Shown here piece after piece: positions 1 to 17,978 of a stretch of DNA of 64,000 bases. The notes beneath the pieces were generated by a model. It was not told the DNA's origin. It worked only from the letters and a program-made list of their open reading frames with translations, and ran no database searches. A program made the position numbers and the translations under genes. This DNA comes from Macrostomum lignano. Its lineage: Eukaryota. Each line of letters opens with the position of its first letter. The first letter of the stretch is position 1. The DNA is taken from assembly GCA_002269645.1 (NCBI GenBank), contig NIVC01000568.1, positions 310,001-374,000 on the forward strand. The letters are read 5' to 3'.

Positions 1-184
1 CCTAGAGATTCTTTCAAAAAGTTCGACTTCGTCTGTTCTTGGAAATTCACATTTTTTTACAGTCAATGTGCTTGGAGATTCGTACAAATGTGTTCTATAC
101 GAAAATTATGAGTCGAGTACCCAACCGGGAATTGTACATGGATATTCTAGCATGATTCTCCCCATTGCTTTTTGCCTCTCGCAG

Positions 185-2779
185 ATCGGTGGCAACCCGT
201 TGACAACTACCGGCTGTCTGGATATCCTAGAGGCCCTGACTGCCGACACAAGCGTCATCAGCCTGCTAGATCTCAGGGCAAGTGGCGTCCCTTTAATCAA
301 CTTTTATCAAACCGTTTTTCCAAGATCGCTCCGTGTTTAGCATCAGGGACGCCAGCACCAGGGGCGCCAGCACCAGGGGCGCCAGCACCAGGGGCGCCAG
401 CACCAGGGGCGCCAGCACCAGGGGCGCCAGCACCAGGGGCGCCAGCACCAGGGGCGCCAGCACCAGGGGCGCCAGCACCAGGGGCGCCAGCACCAGGGGC
501 GCCAGCACCAGGGGCGCCAGCACCAGGGGCGCCAGCACCAGGGGCGCCAGCACCAGGGGCGCCAGCACCAGGGGCGCCAGCACCAGGGGCGCCAGCACCA
601 GGGGCGCCAGGGGCGCCAGCACCAGGGGCGCCAAAGCTACATGTACTGCCAACCTTTTAGTTCCGCCCCCCTCAAAACGAATGATTTTATCCATCCCATA
701 TCCAGGGCAACAAAGTCACGCCGGACTTCGAGCTGCTCTCCCAGACCATCGGCGCAGGGCGCGAGTTCAGCTGCCAACACGACGGCGTCCTGTCATCGCA
801 CGATCTGTTCGGCTGCCGGAACGAGCCCGACGCCAAGGACCCCATGGCCGAGGTCATTGGCTACATGCAGCGCTACCACCTCCGGCCGCTGGAGCTGTTC
901 CGCTCGTTCGACAAAGACCTGGCCATGCAGATGAACCGGGAGGAGTTCATCGACCGGATGAAGGTGAATCGGCTGTTATTGCAGGACCACTAGAAGTTAA
1001 TTTACCTAAAGTCCAATCTATCTTAAAAATACGTTACCCAAATAGGCATACAAGCGCGCGGATACGTACGCAGTCATACGCACAGGCACACACTCACACA
1101 GGAGTGTACAGCGGCCCTAACTTAATTTATCGTTAGACATGTACACTTCCCTGTTCCTTATGAGGTTGGCCTTCAAGAGCGTTAACTGCCAAGCCGAGAT
1201 TTCAATTTAGCCCCAAATTCATGCGACTGCACTTGGAATCGAGCCTGGGCCGCTGGCACATGAGAGCGCCGTGCTTGACCACTAGGCTACGATCCCTCTT
1301 TACTTCCTGATACAAGCTTAGGAATCCAGTTGTATAGTGTGTTTTCTAACTTCATTTTTAGCCACAGTTACTCTACTAGCCTAAAAGTAGTATATGTAAA
1401 GAAAACTTCATCTTAAGAATTATAATCACTAGTTAGTATAGTTAGCAATTGCCTCTCGTTCTGTGTTCTTAGGCTCTGTCCTCCACCATAAAATGCCCTA
1501 TCCGCGCCCACACACTATGCGGACTATGTACGCTTGCATCAACAGTTAATCACGTGACACAATGTACATTGGCCACTTTGGCTGATAATGTACATGGAAG
1601 CTTAAACCCACCCCAGCCATCCAGGACGCGAGCGATGGGGCAAAAAAATACTAGAAACCAAAAACTTTCTAGTACTGCTTCCTGAGATTTGAGGTTGTGA
1701 AACGTCCCCAGAGAAGCGACGAAGGCGCAGAGTTTGAGAATGCCGCGTCGGGAACGATGAGGGATCATACGAGCGTACTACTGTCTTGATAGTAACTTTA
1801 TTGAGCATATTCAATTCAATGCGCACTGTGTCGGATGAAGTGTTAATTTATTTCAAAAATCGCAACTTCACCCAGAGAGCCGGAATCAGCCTGTCCATGG
1901 ACGAGATGGCAGAGATCGCTCAGCAGATTAATGCTGGCAACAGTACTGCCCAGCAGAACCAGCAGCAACAGCAGAAGCAGACTGGCGCGGGAACAATTGC
2001 CGACATCAATTTTAAGTAAGTGAATGTACTTGCTTGCAATGTTACTTACACCCAGACCTATCAGTCACCCAGGTCCTATAGCTTATCGCCTCACAGTGTT
2101 TCACCCGCCACTCATCAGTTTGTTTCACCCGCCACCCCATCATTCTGTTTCACACGCCACCTCATCAGTCTGTTTCACCGCCACCCCATCAGTCTGTTTC
2201 ACACGCCACGCCATCAGTCTTTTTCACCTGCCACCCCATCAGTCTGTTTCACACGCCACGCCATCATTCTGTTTCACCCGCCACCCCATCATTCTGTTTC
2301 ACACGCCACCTCATCAGTCTGTTTCACCCGCCACCCCATCATTCTGTTTCACCCGCCACCCCATCAGTGTGTTTCACACGCCACCCCATCAGTGTTTCAC
2401 CCGCCACCCCATCAGTGTTTAACCCGCCACGCCACCCAACCTCAGAAACTTCAGCGACGGCATCCGCCAGCACAGGCGGCGCGAGCGCGAGAAGAAGGCC
2501 CGGGAAGAGAACGCTCAACGCCGCCTGACCGTCTATCATCGCGAGATTCTAGGCGAAGGCACCGCAGCGGCGGCCGCCGCAGCCACGGTGAGCTGGCAGC
2601 TACGCCGACTGTCTTTGTCTGACGCCTTGAACGACGATCAGCCGCCGATGTCGGTTGAGCAGCAGCCGCAGGTGGCGGCCAAGCTCAAACTCGAGCCGAT
2701 TGCTTCAAGCCAGCAGCAAATTACTGACAAGAAAAAGCAGCCTACATTAAAGCGAAGTCGAAAGTTTAAAAAGTCTTAG
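185..2779 (+). CDS. 5'-partial leucine-rich-repeat/EF-hand protein (LRRC74-like); exons 185-277, 706-963, 1876-2015, 2446-2779
   Basis: Splices in phase to ...IGGNPLTTTGCLDILEALTADTSVISLLDLR|GNKVTPDFELL...DPMAEVIGYMQRYHLRPLELFRSFDKDLAMQMNREEFIDRMK|RAGISLSMDEMAEIAQQI...INFK|NFSDGIRQHRRRE...KKS*. The LRR motif (GNPL, LDL) is followed by an EF-hand-like FRSFDKD..MNREEF, as in the LRRC74 family. The first intron uses a GC donor; stop is TAG at 2777-2779. Confidence 0.8.
337..633 (+). repeat. 15-bp minisatellite (GGGGCGCCAGCACCA)n, about 20 units, intronic
   Basis: Near-perfect tandem array with one unit carrying a 6-bp deletion. It explains the PGAPA/RGAST/VLAPL ORFs. Confidence 0.97.
1044..1296 (-). 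mobile_element. tRNA-Glu(CTC)-derived SINE, copy A
   Basis: Minus strand reads GGGATCGTAGCCTAGTGGTCAAGCACGGCGCTCTCATGTGCCAGCGGCCCAGGCTCGATTCC (A and B boxes; CGGCGCTCTCA matches the tRNA-Glu CTC anticodon arm). A tail of about 190 bp is shared with 3280-3558. Confidence 0.8.
2090..2436 (+). repeat. Degenerate 22-25-bp minisatellite (CACCCCATCAGTCTGTTTCACCCGC-type), intronic
   Basis: Tandem units fill intron 2016-2445 up to the acceptor. Confidence 0.9.
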
Positions 2780-3279
2780 AAGGATTTCTGCAAGCTTTGC
2801 TAAAACTTTTCTGAATTTCAGATCACTTATATATAGAAGACTTGTAGCGCAGAAGTAGCTTTACTTACATCAGATGTTTAGATCTTAAATACAAAATCTT
2901 TATATCAAGGCCGATCGAACCATGGTTGCTTGTTCTGATTACTTGAATTATAAACAAGCTTGTGAAAGGATAAAAAGGTTTCCAAATCAATGCCAAAATA
3001 TATGCATTACTGAGGTTGTCATGAGGACCATCAAATAGCTGATTTGACTCCTTCCTGTTCGAAACCCTTACGCCCTGATCTACAGCTCTGCTGCATCCTG
3101 CATGCCACAAGAAACCATCTGTAAATTCCATCTGTCGAAGTCATTTCTAGAGCTTTGTCATCAGTAGGATAAATTGATTGATGAAGAACGTTTCATCGTG
3201 TTGTTATGTGCAATAGAAGTAGCTCTCGTTGCTTAATACAAGTTACTTAATACAACTTAATACAAGGACGTCAGCTGAG

Positions 3280-3558
3280 GGGGCCGTAGCGTAGTGGTTC
3301 AGCACGGCGCTCTGATGTGCCAGCGGCCCAGGTTCGATTCCAAGTGCATTAATTTGGTTCCATTAAGTTCCATTAATTTTTGGGGCTGAATTGGAATCTT
3401 GGCTTGGCTCTGCTCGTGTACTTAACGCTCTTGAAGGCTAACCCCAAAGACACAGTAAAGTGTACATGCCTAACGATAAATAAAGTTATGGCCGCTGTAC
3501 ACTCCTGTGTGTGTGCCTGTGCGTATGACTGCGTACGTATCCGCGCGCTGGTGTGCCT
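3280..3558 (+). mobile_element. tRNA-Glu-derived SINE, copy B (not a functional tRNA)
   Basis: GGGGCCGTAGCGTAGTGGTTCAGCACGGCGCTCTGATGTGCCAGCGGCCCAGGTTCGATTCC has A and B boxes, but the acceptor and T stems do not pair. The tail (TTAACGCTCTTGAAGG...TAACGATAAAT...GTGCGTATGACTGCGTACGTATCCGCGCGC) aligns with the reverse complement of 1044-1296. Confidence 0.8.
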
Positions 3559-4574
3559 GCTCAGGGGGGGGGTCAGCTTAAAGTGCGCTAGGGTACACAC
3601 AGCCCCTGCCTCCCTACCCCTGCCTACTATTAGTAATCCTTGCCTGCAAACCATATTTGATTAATTTTGATTATTAAGTTTTGAAATGAGATTGATCGAG
3701 GTACCAAAATGAACATGCAGATTAGCTATCAGATGCCTTTAGTGAATTCAAGCTCTTACCACCATCGATCGTATCTGAAAATTGAATAACTGAAAAAATT
3801 GAAGCCATTTGCCAAAAGTTTTCCTAATAGTCTTCAACTTGGAAGTTAACTCAGCAATTGGTTAGATGAATTCAGCAAATTTCATCTAACCAATAAAGGC
3901 GGGTTGAATTAATATTGAGAATCTTGAGTAATTAGCTTGAGTAAAAAACATCACTTGATAGGTTGAGCAGTAGAAAATGATTAAATCAATAATAATCAAT
4001 GAAATAAGCAGATATCGGCCGCATCTGATCTTAAGCTACTATCAACTCAGTAGTATGATCTACTCTTCCTCCCTCTCCCGAATTCTTATTAGCTCATTTA
4101 TTTGCAATTCCACGCGAGCCCTGCACCCCTGTCGTTTTTCTGCCCCCCCCCATTTTATTGCCCCTATCGCGCCGCGTCCTGGCTGGCTGGGGAGAAAGGG
4201 TAGTTTAACAGCTATGTACATTATCAGTCGCCTTTCTATGTACATTTGTTCCTCCGCTTATAACGAAATGTGTCACGTGAGTGATTTGACCACTCTAACA
4301 AACTTTCCCGAGCAGAAAATAGCTGCTTATTTCTTTGCTTGCTACTGAAAATACAAGTAGAATAACAGTAATATTTGATAATTATATCTAATAGAAAAAT
4401 ATAAAGTCGATAACATAAAGCGAGGAATTTCGCGCTGAATAATCACCGGAATATTGTTTGAAAATAGTTGAACATTATATTGGTAATAATAAAGTAAAGC
4501 AAATTAAACTATTAAACTGTCTTCATTTCCTTTTTGGTTTTGCACTCGATCGATCATAGCATGGTTGGTGAATT

Positions 4575-12293
<7,719 letters not shown>

Positions 12294-12425
12294 TTTTCAT
12301 ATAGCAGATAAAAAGCAAATAATATAGCAAATATAAAGCTAGCTAGGCATGGAATTAACACTCAAATCGAAAAGAAATTGAATAGATGAACATTCCTAGT
12401 TTGAAGAGAACTCAGGCTGCTCCAA

Positions 12426-13676
12426 TTTAAAATGGTCTGCCCTAAAACACGCCCCGCACCGCCCTGCAGCGCTACACATTAAAACAAATTGGACTATAAC
12501 TGAAGACACTTGAAAATGCGTTTTCTGTTAAGCTTTAAAGTTTTTATTAAATTAAGTTTTTTTACTATGAAATATAAAATTCGGTGAATAATAAGTGATA
12601 ATATTAATAATATTAAGGGTGCGTTCGAGTGACTTAAAATGACTTAAACTGCCATTTTAACGTCCTTAGTAAAACAAATGTTAAGCAGACTAAATGTAAA
12701 AATAATCTAGGTAAATGATAGTCAAATTACAATTAAGAATTAATTCAATTTCTAAAACCGGTCTAAGATTAAAAAACGTCACCTATACTTCTTCCAACTC
12801 AACCTGAACGCCTAGGCACCGTTTTAACTTCGCTCGCAATTACCACATTTAATCGTAATCGAATATTTTGTATTCTTCACCTTTGTTCTATCATTTGCTT
12901 TCACGTCCTTTTGCTCAGTTCGCTGCCCGTCATTATAGTCTTTGAATAATTGCTTAGTACTAATATTGTTTATTTATTAATTTTTATTACATAGTAGTTT
13001 ATTTGGACTTGGAATATAGTCACTATTATTGTTGCTACTGTTATTATTTTTCTATTGGAGTTTTGTACTTTTTCAGCTTGGTTCTTATTCTTCAATATAG
13101 TATCTGGGTGAACTTCATGTTATAGTTTACTAAGCAATTATTCAAAGACTATTTTGACGGGCAGCGAAGTGAGCAAAAAGACGTGAAAGCAAATGATAGA
13201 ACAAAGGTGAAGAATACAAAATATTCAATTACGATTAAATGTGGTAATTGCGAGCGAAGTTAAAACGGTGCCTAGGCGTTCAGGTTGAGTTGGAAGAAGT
13301 ATAGGTGACGTTTTTTAATCTTAGACCGGTTTTAGAAATTGAATTAATTCTTAATTGTTATTTGACTATCATTTACCTAGATTATTTTTACATTTAGTCT
13401 GCTTAACATTTGTTTTACTAAGGACGTTAAAATGGCAGTTTAAGTCATTTTAAGTCACTCGAACGCACCCTAATAAAAAATATTAATAAAATTTAATAAT
13501 GAAAACGAGAATATAAAAAATAATAACAATATTTATAATATTAATTAAAGATATTTATTCCATTACTCGTACAACAAATATTTTTCTTTGCAATCAAATA
13601 CTGCGTTGACAAAAAATGTTATAATGTGTAGCGGTTCGGGGCGGGGCGGTGCGTGTTTTAGGGAGACCCATTTAAA
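12426..13676. repeat. Outer ~60-bp imperfect inverted repeat (12426-12486 / 13617-13676) containing GC boxes, enclosing the MITE
   Basis: The reverse complement of the left arm, TGTTTTAATGTGTAGCGCTGCAGGGCGGTGCGGGGCGTGTTTTAGGGCAGACCATTTTAAA, aligns with the right arm TGTTATAATGTGTAGCGGTTCGGGGCGGGGCGGTGCGTGTTTTAGGGAGACCCATTTAAA. Confidence 0.8.
12617..13470. mobile_element. Foldback MITE, PIF/Harbinger type: 343-bp TIRs (12617-12959 / 13128-13470), 168-bp spacer, TAA target-site duplication
   Basis: Arms begin GGGTGCGTTCGAGTGACTTAAAATG and end CATTTTAAGTCACTCGAACGCACCC and are near-identical. TAA flanks both sides (12614-12616, 13471-13473). Confidence 0.9.
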
Positions 13677-15984
13677 ATGTCATTTGTTTTCAGGTTTCAC
13701 CCATTTTAACAAAAATGGTCTAATGAAGTAATTATGTAGCCTTCATAAGTTTCCTGAAGTGCAACTTTTAGCAACAAAGTAAAGTTCTTCCTGCTAATAT
13801 CTCTATCGATAATGTCTTCAAAAATTATACACAATCACATCATTAAGATCATACCCAAGCCTTGATAATGATAACTGTACCACACATCCCACACATGCTT
13901 TTTTAATCTGAAGAGAAGCTAGATCTGTTGTTTTCTTTGTTGCTGAAAAACTGCTTGGGCCTTCACACCACCCAGCTTATGTTGCAGTAGGTTGAGGGTC
14001 CCGACCTGAAGAAAATATTACTGGACCGGGGGTCTATTAATAAACGTAAAGTGGTGTATGGATCTCTGCACTCTAAGCACAAGTCAGATTAGGCCATAGC
14101 ATAACGCATGTATAAAGCTATGGATGGGGATGGAGTGCTATGTATGACTAAAAGCGCTATGCAGTCCCCTCGATTTAGAGACGACAGTGTGTATAATACA
14201 ATTGTGGTTAAACTCACGCATATCTACTGTCAGTAGAGTATCTTCAATAGTTTTTGCAGGTTAAGATTTGCTGTCTATTCGATTGTCTATGTAGTCCTGA
14301 GAATTAAACGCAGTGTTCATGTAAATGTAGACTTATTACTTAATCTTATTCAGAAACGTACTGCAGGAAAAATACATAAAGTAAAGAAAGTTTTTTTAAA
14401 CTGAAAGATTTTTCTCCAAAAGCGAAGAGTCCAAAGCAAATAACGTTGTAATGTACGAGCGTAAAAGCCAGGGAAGCATAAAAATCAATTACCGAGCCGT
14501 AATCGCAAATGGATTAATGTACGCATTAAGCCGCCATCAAATTTGCGGGCATTCAGAAACAAAATTGCTAATGCTTCGCCAAAATGACAGCAGCAGAGAG
14601 TTGGCTGTCAGATCCCCCCTGACAGCTCATGGGAGAATCCCCACAGGATTGATGAAGCCAGATCGCGTGAAAGTTGGAAGCACACATTTGGCGGGAGCCG
14701 TGACATTAAAAATAAGGGGAGCAAAGATATTCGGAAAGCCCATAAGATTCGCAGCGCTCCATGCCCACTCTCGCCGCCTTAATGGACGGGACTGAGAGTA
14801 AGCTTATAGGGGGTTATCTTTAATTCATATAGTATGCCACCATTTGGGCCGGATGATGGGGCCAAATCTGAGTCTACAGAGATGTAGACCTTTTTGTTAT
14901 TTCTCGGAAAACAGGCCGACAGATTTTGCTGGAGTTACGCCAATCGGGTCTGCAGCTTCTTCCCTTTTTAACCTCGTAACCTCCCTCCCCTCCCGCTACA
15001 TGCAGCTCTAATTCACTCACTTCACTCACTCACTCGCTCCATTGCAATCACGCAAATGACACCGGCCTTAGCTGGATAGGCGCATCAGGAAAGCCAAGCT
15101 GACACACGGTGGGTGGCAGTGGCCGCGAGCGCGAGCCAAACCCTCGAGGCGTGTCAGCGTAACCGGAGCTGTAGAAGCTGCGGGGCTACAGTCTGTCCCG
15201 TGCTAAGAAAGAAATGGATGGGAATAGGAGCTACTAGCGCTTATTTTTAAACTATCACTCACTATTACAGAGCGCCTTCGAATGATTGTCTGCTGGATTG
15301 TGTAATCGAGTTTACATAACCAGATACAAGTTAGACCCCGCCGTAGACTCAAAAGAAAATTATAATATCATGGTGGATCTGCTATGCAAATATATAGCGG
15401 ACTCATAACAGATCCACGGGGAGAGTGTTCACGGGTCATTGAAGCCCTGTCACCTGACCTGTCAATGCGGGACTCCTTTTTCCTGTCCAAAAACTCCCTC
15501 CCTTCTCGATCTCTTGTCTCCTCTCTCCGTGATGCACAAATCACCTGTCCAGCATACGATATGGCTCGAATTCTGCATGTGGATTTTTAACGAAACGATC
15601 GGATTACATGCTCCAAAGCCTAACACTTGATTCTCCAGCAAAGTAGAGCTGAGAGACTGACGCCAGTATCTACGCATCAATCTCCGCAATCTTAATCTTC
15701 ATTTTGTCTAATCAGCCAGACATAAGTAGAATGAGGCAGCACGCATAATCCGCTCAGGTTAGCCTTGATTAGATCCTGAATAGCGGACTTAAGCTGACTG
15801 ACTGCAAGCCCTCTGCAAAACAGTCTGGAGAGCGATATCAACTGCCGACTTCTCTCGTCTCAATGCAATCGGGATCTGCGCCAACTCCTGCAGATAGTTT
15901 ATGAACTGTGCCGCTGACTGAGCAGGCTCTGGTGAGGATTTGATCGGATAGCGACTGATCACCCACACTCACTCTCACCATCAC

Positions 15985-16497
15985 TTTTCCTCCTCTCCCC
16001 TCCATCCTCTCTTCTCTATCCTCTCTCCTCTATCCTCTCTCCTCTATCCTCTCTTCTCTCTCCTCTCTCCTCTATCCTCTATCCTCTCTCCTTTATCCTC
16101 TCTCCTCTATCCTCTCTTCTCTCTCCTCTCTCCTCTATCCTCTCTTCTCTCTCCTCTCTCCTCTATCCTCTATCCTCTCTCCTCTATCCTCTCTTCTCTC
16201 TCCTCTCTCCTCTCTCCTCTATCCTCTCTCCTCTCTTCTCTCCCCTCCTTCCTCTCTCCTCTCTCCTCACTTCTCTCTCTTCTCTCCTCTCTCGTCTCTT
16301 CTCTCCTCTCCTTCCTCTCTCCTCTTTTCTCTCCTCTCTCCTCACTGATCATATCTTTTCTCTCTCCTCTCTCCTCAATCCTTTTTCTCTCTCCTCACTT
16401 CTCTCTCCTCTCTTCTCTCTCCTTTCTTTTCTCTCCCCTTCTCACTCCTCACTCCTCTCTCCTTTCTTCTCTCTACTCTCTTATCTCTCCTCTTTTC
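15985..16497. repeat. CT-rich low-complexity polypyrimidine/polypurine tract
   Basis: (CTCTC/CTATC)-type degenerate repeats. Confidence 0.9.
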
Positions 16498-16814
16498 CCC
16501 GTTTCAGAATTCCAATCCCATAAATAAGATCGATAATTTATGCTTTCGCTAGAAATCTTAGAAAATCGAAAAGGTGCGCGTTTTTAGAGTAGCAATTAGT
16601 TTCCTCTTGTGCTTGTTTTTATATTTAGAAACTGCCTGTACAATTAGCACAGTGCTGGGGCGAAGGCACCTGTCTGAACACTAAATATAGACTTAGAGGT
16701 TGTTATGCAATTATATATTTATTTTGAGGATGTTGATGCGATGCCTGAGCAGTGATGAAGGGCAGACATTTTTATTGACCTTTTGGATTAGAATTGGAGA
16801 GGTAGATAAGGGGG

Positions 16815-16990
16815 TAGACTAAGGTAGATTAGGGTAGGTTAGGGTAGATTAGGATGGGTTAGGGTAGATTAGGGTAGATTAGGGTAGATTATGGTAGATT
16901 AGGGTAGATTAGGGTAGACTAGGGTAGATTAGGATAGGTTAGGGTAGGTTAAGGGTAGGTTAGTGTAGATTAGTTTAGTTGGAAGGGATA
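16815..16990 (+). repeat. 10-bp telomere-like minisatellite (TTAGGGTAGA)n
   Basis: About 15 units, most containing TTAGGG. Confidence 0.85.
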
Positions 16991-17978
16991 GATTACGTGA
17001 TGTAGTGGATAAAATATCTTTCTAGGCAACTAAATATATGTGTCTGCATCAGTAATTTCTGATTGAGTACAAATGAATCAATATTCGTTGCCATGCGCGG
17101 CAGTAGCAAAGTCAATTTTGCTTGAATATCTGCAATTAGGAATTTAGCATTTCGACACACTAAACAGCGTGTCGTGTATATTTAGTTATTTACGATTTTA
17201 CCATAGGATTGCGCAGTAAAAATTCGAGGTATTTCATGTGATAACAAGACAGGTTTTAACAGATTTTGAGACGGGATAAAACTGCTAAAATACTGCTACA
17301 GGTAGAGGGTGACCTCTTGCTAGTAGAGAAAGCAAATTCGGCAGTTAGTATCTACATTCAGGTCGGTATTGATTGATTGGACAACAAGGACACAGATGGG
17401 GGTATTGTAAACGTCGGTGTCCTTTCATCTTTGCACTTTGCTGCAGGTTAACAACAGAAACAACAGTAAAACAACAGACAGTGAAGAGAGAGAGAGATCA
17501 GTGAGTGTTTTCAAATTTTGCAATTTTGAGTTTCAATTGAATTGTGTACCGCACATTTGTACGCTGCTTATATATAGTTACAGCAGTATAGCTAGTAATA
17601 GTGACAGTAATAATATAGTAGTATTACAGAGATTGAAAACCGTTAGATAATAGAACGGAAAAAATGATCAGATACTGAAGCACATTGCATAATAATATTG
17701 CTGTCTGCATCAGTGCGTCAGTCATGGCAAATATCTGTGTCAAATTGCACTGTAACGACACCTATCTATTCATCTGAGCGGACGAGGTAGTTAATGCACA
17801 AAATACAAAAGAAAATATTTTTAGATTCGCAGCCAAGTCGCGCAGTTTGTATAAGTAGTATTAATTGCGCTTTTCGCTATTATTCTGTTGTTAATGAGAA
17901 TCGTAAGCAGGCTGTTTATGGCTGTTATATTGAATGTGGAAACTTGTTATTGTTATAGTTACAGAATGTCGTGCCCTC

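Noticed and set aside
2105-2330. Minus-strand CTGATGAG...GAAAC motifs in the 22-25-bp array resembling hammerhead cores
   Set aside because: The intervening GGTGGCGTGT cannot form stem II, there is no stem I/III pairing, and most units read CTGATGGG.
2865-3131. 88-aa minus-strand ORF
   Set aside because: No recognisable domain or splice context; it lies in the 3' region of the LRR gene.
3280-3352. Functional tRNA gene
   Set aside because: Acceptor and T stems do not pair and the anticodon arm is distorted. It is followed by a tail shared with another copy, so it is called a SINE.
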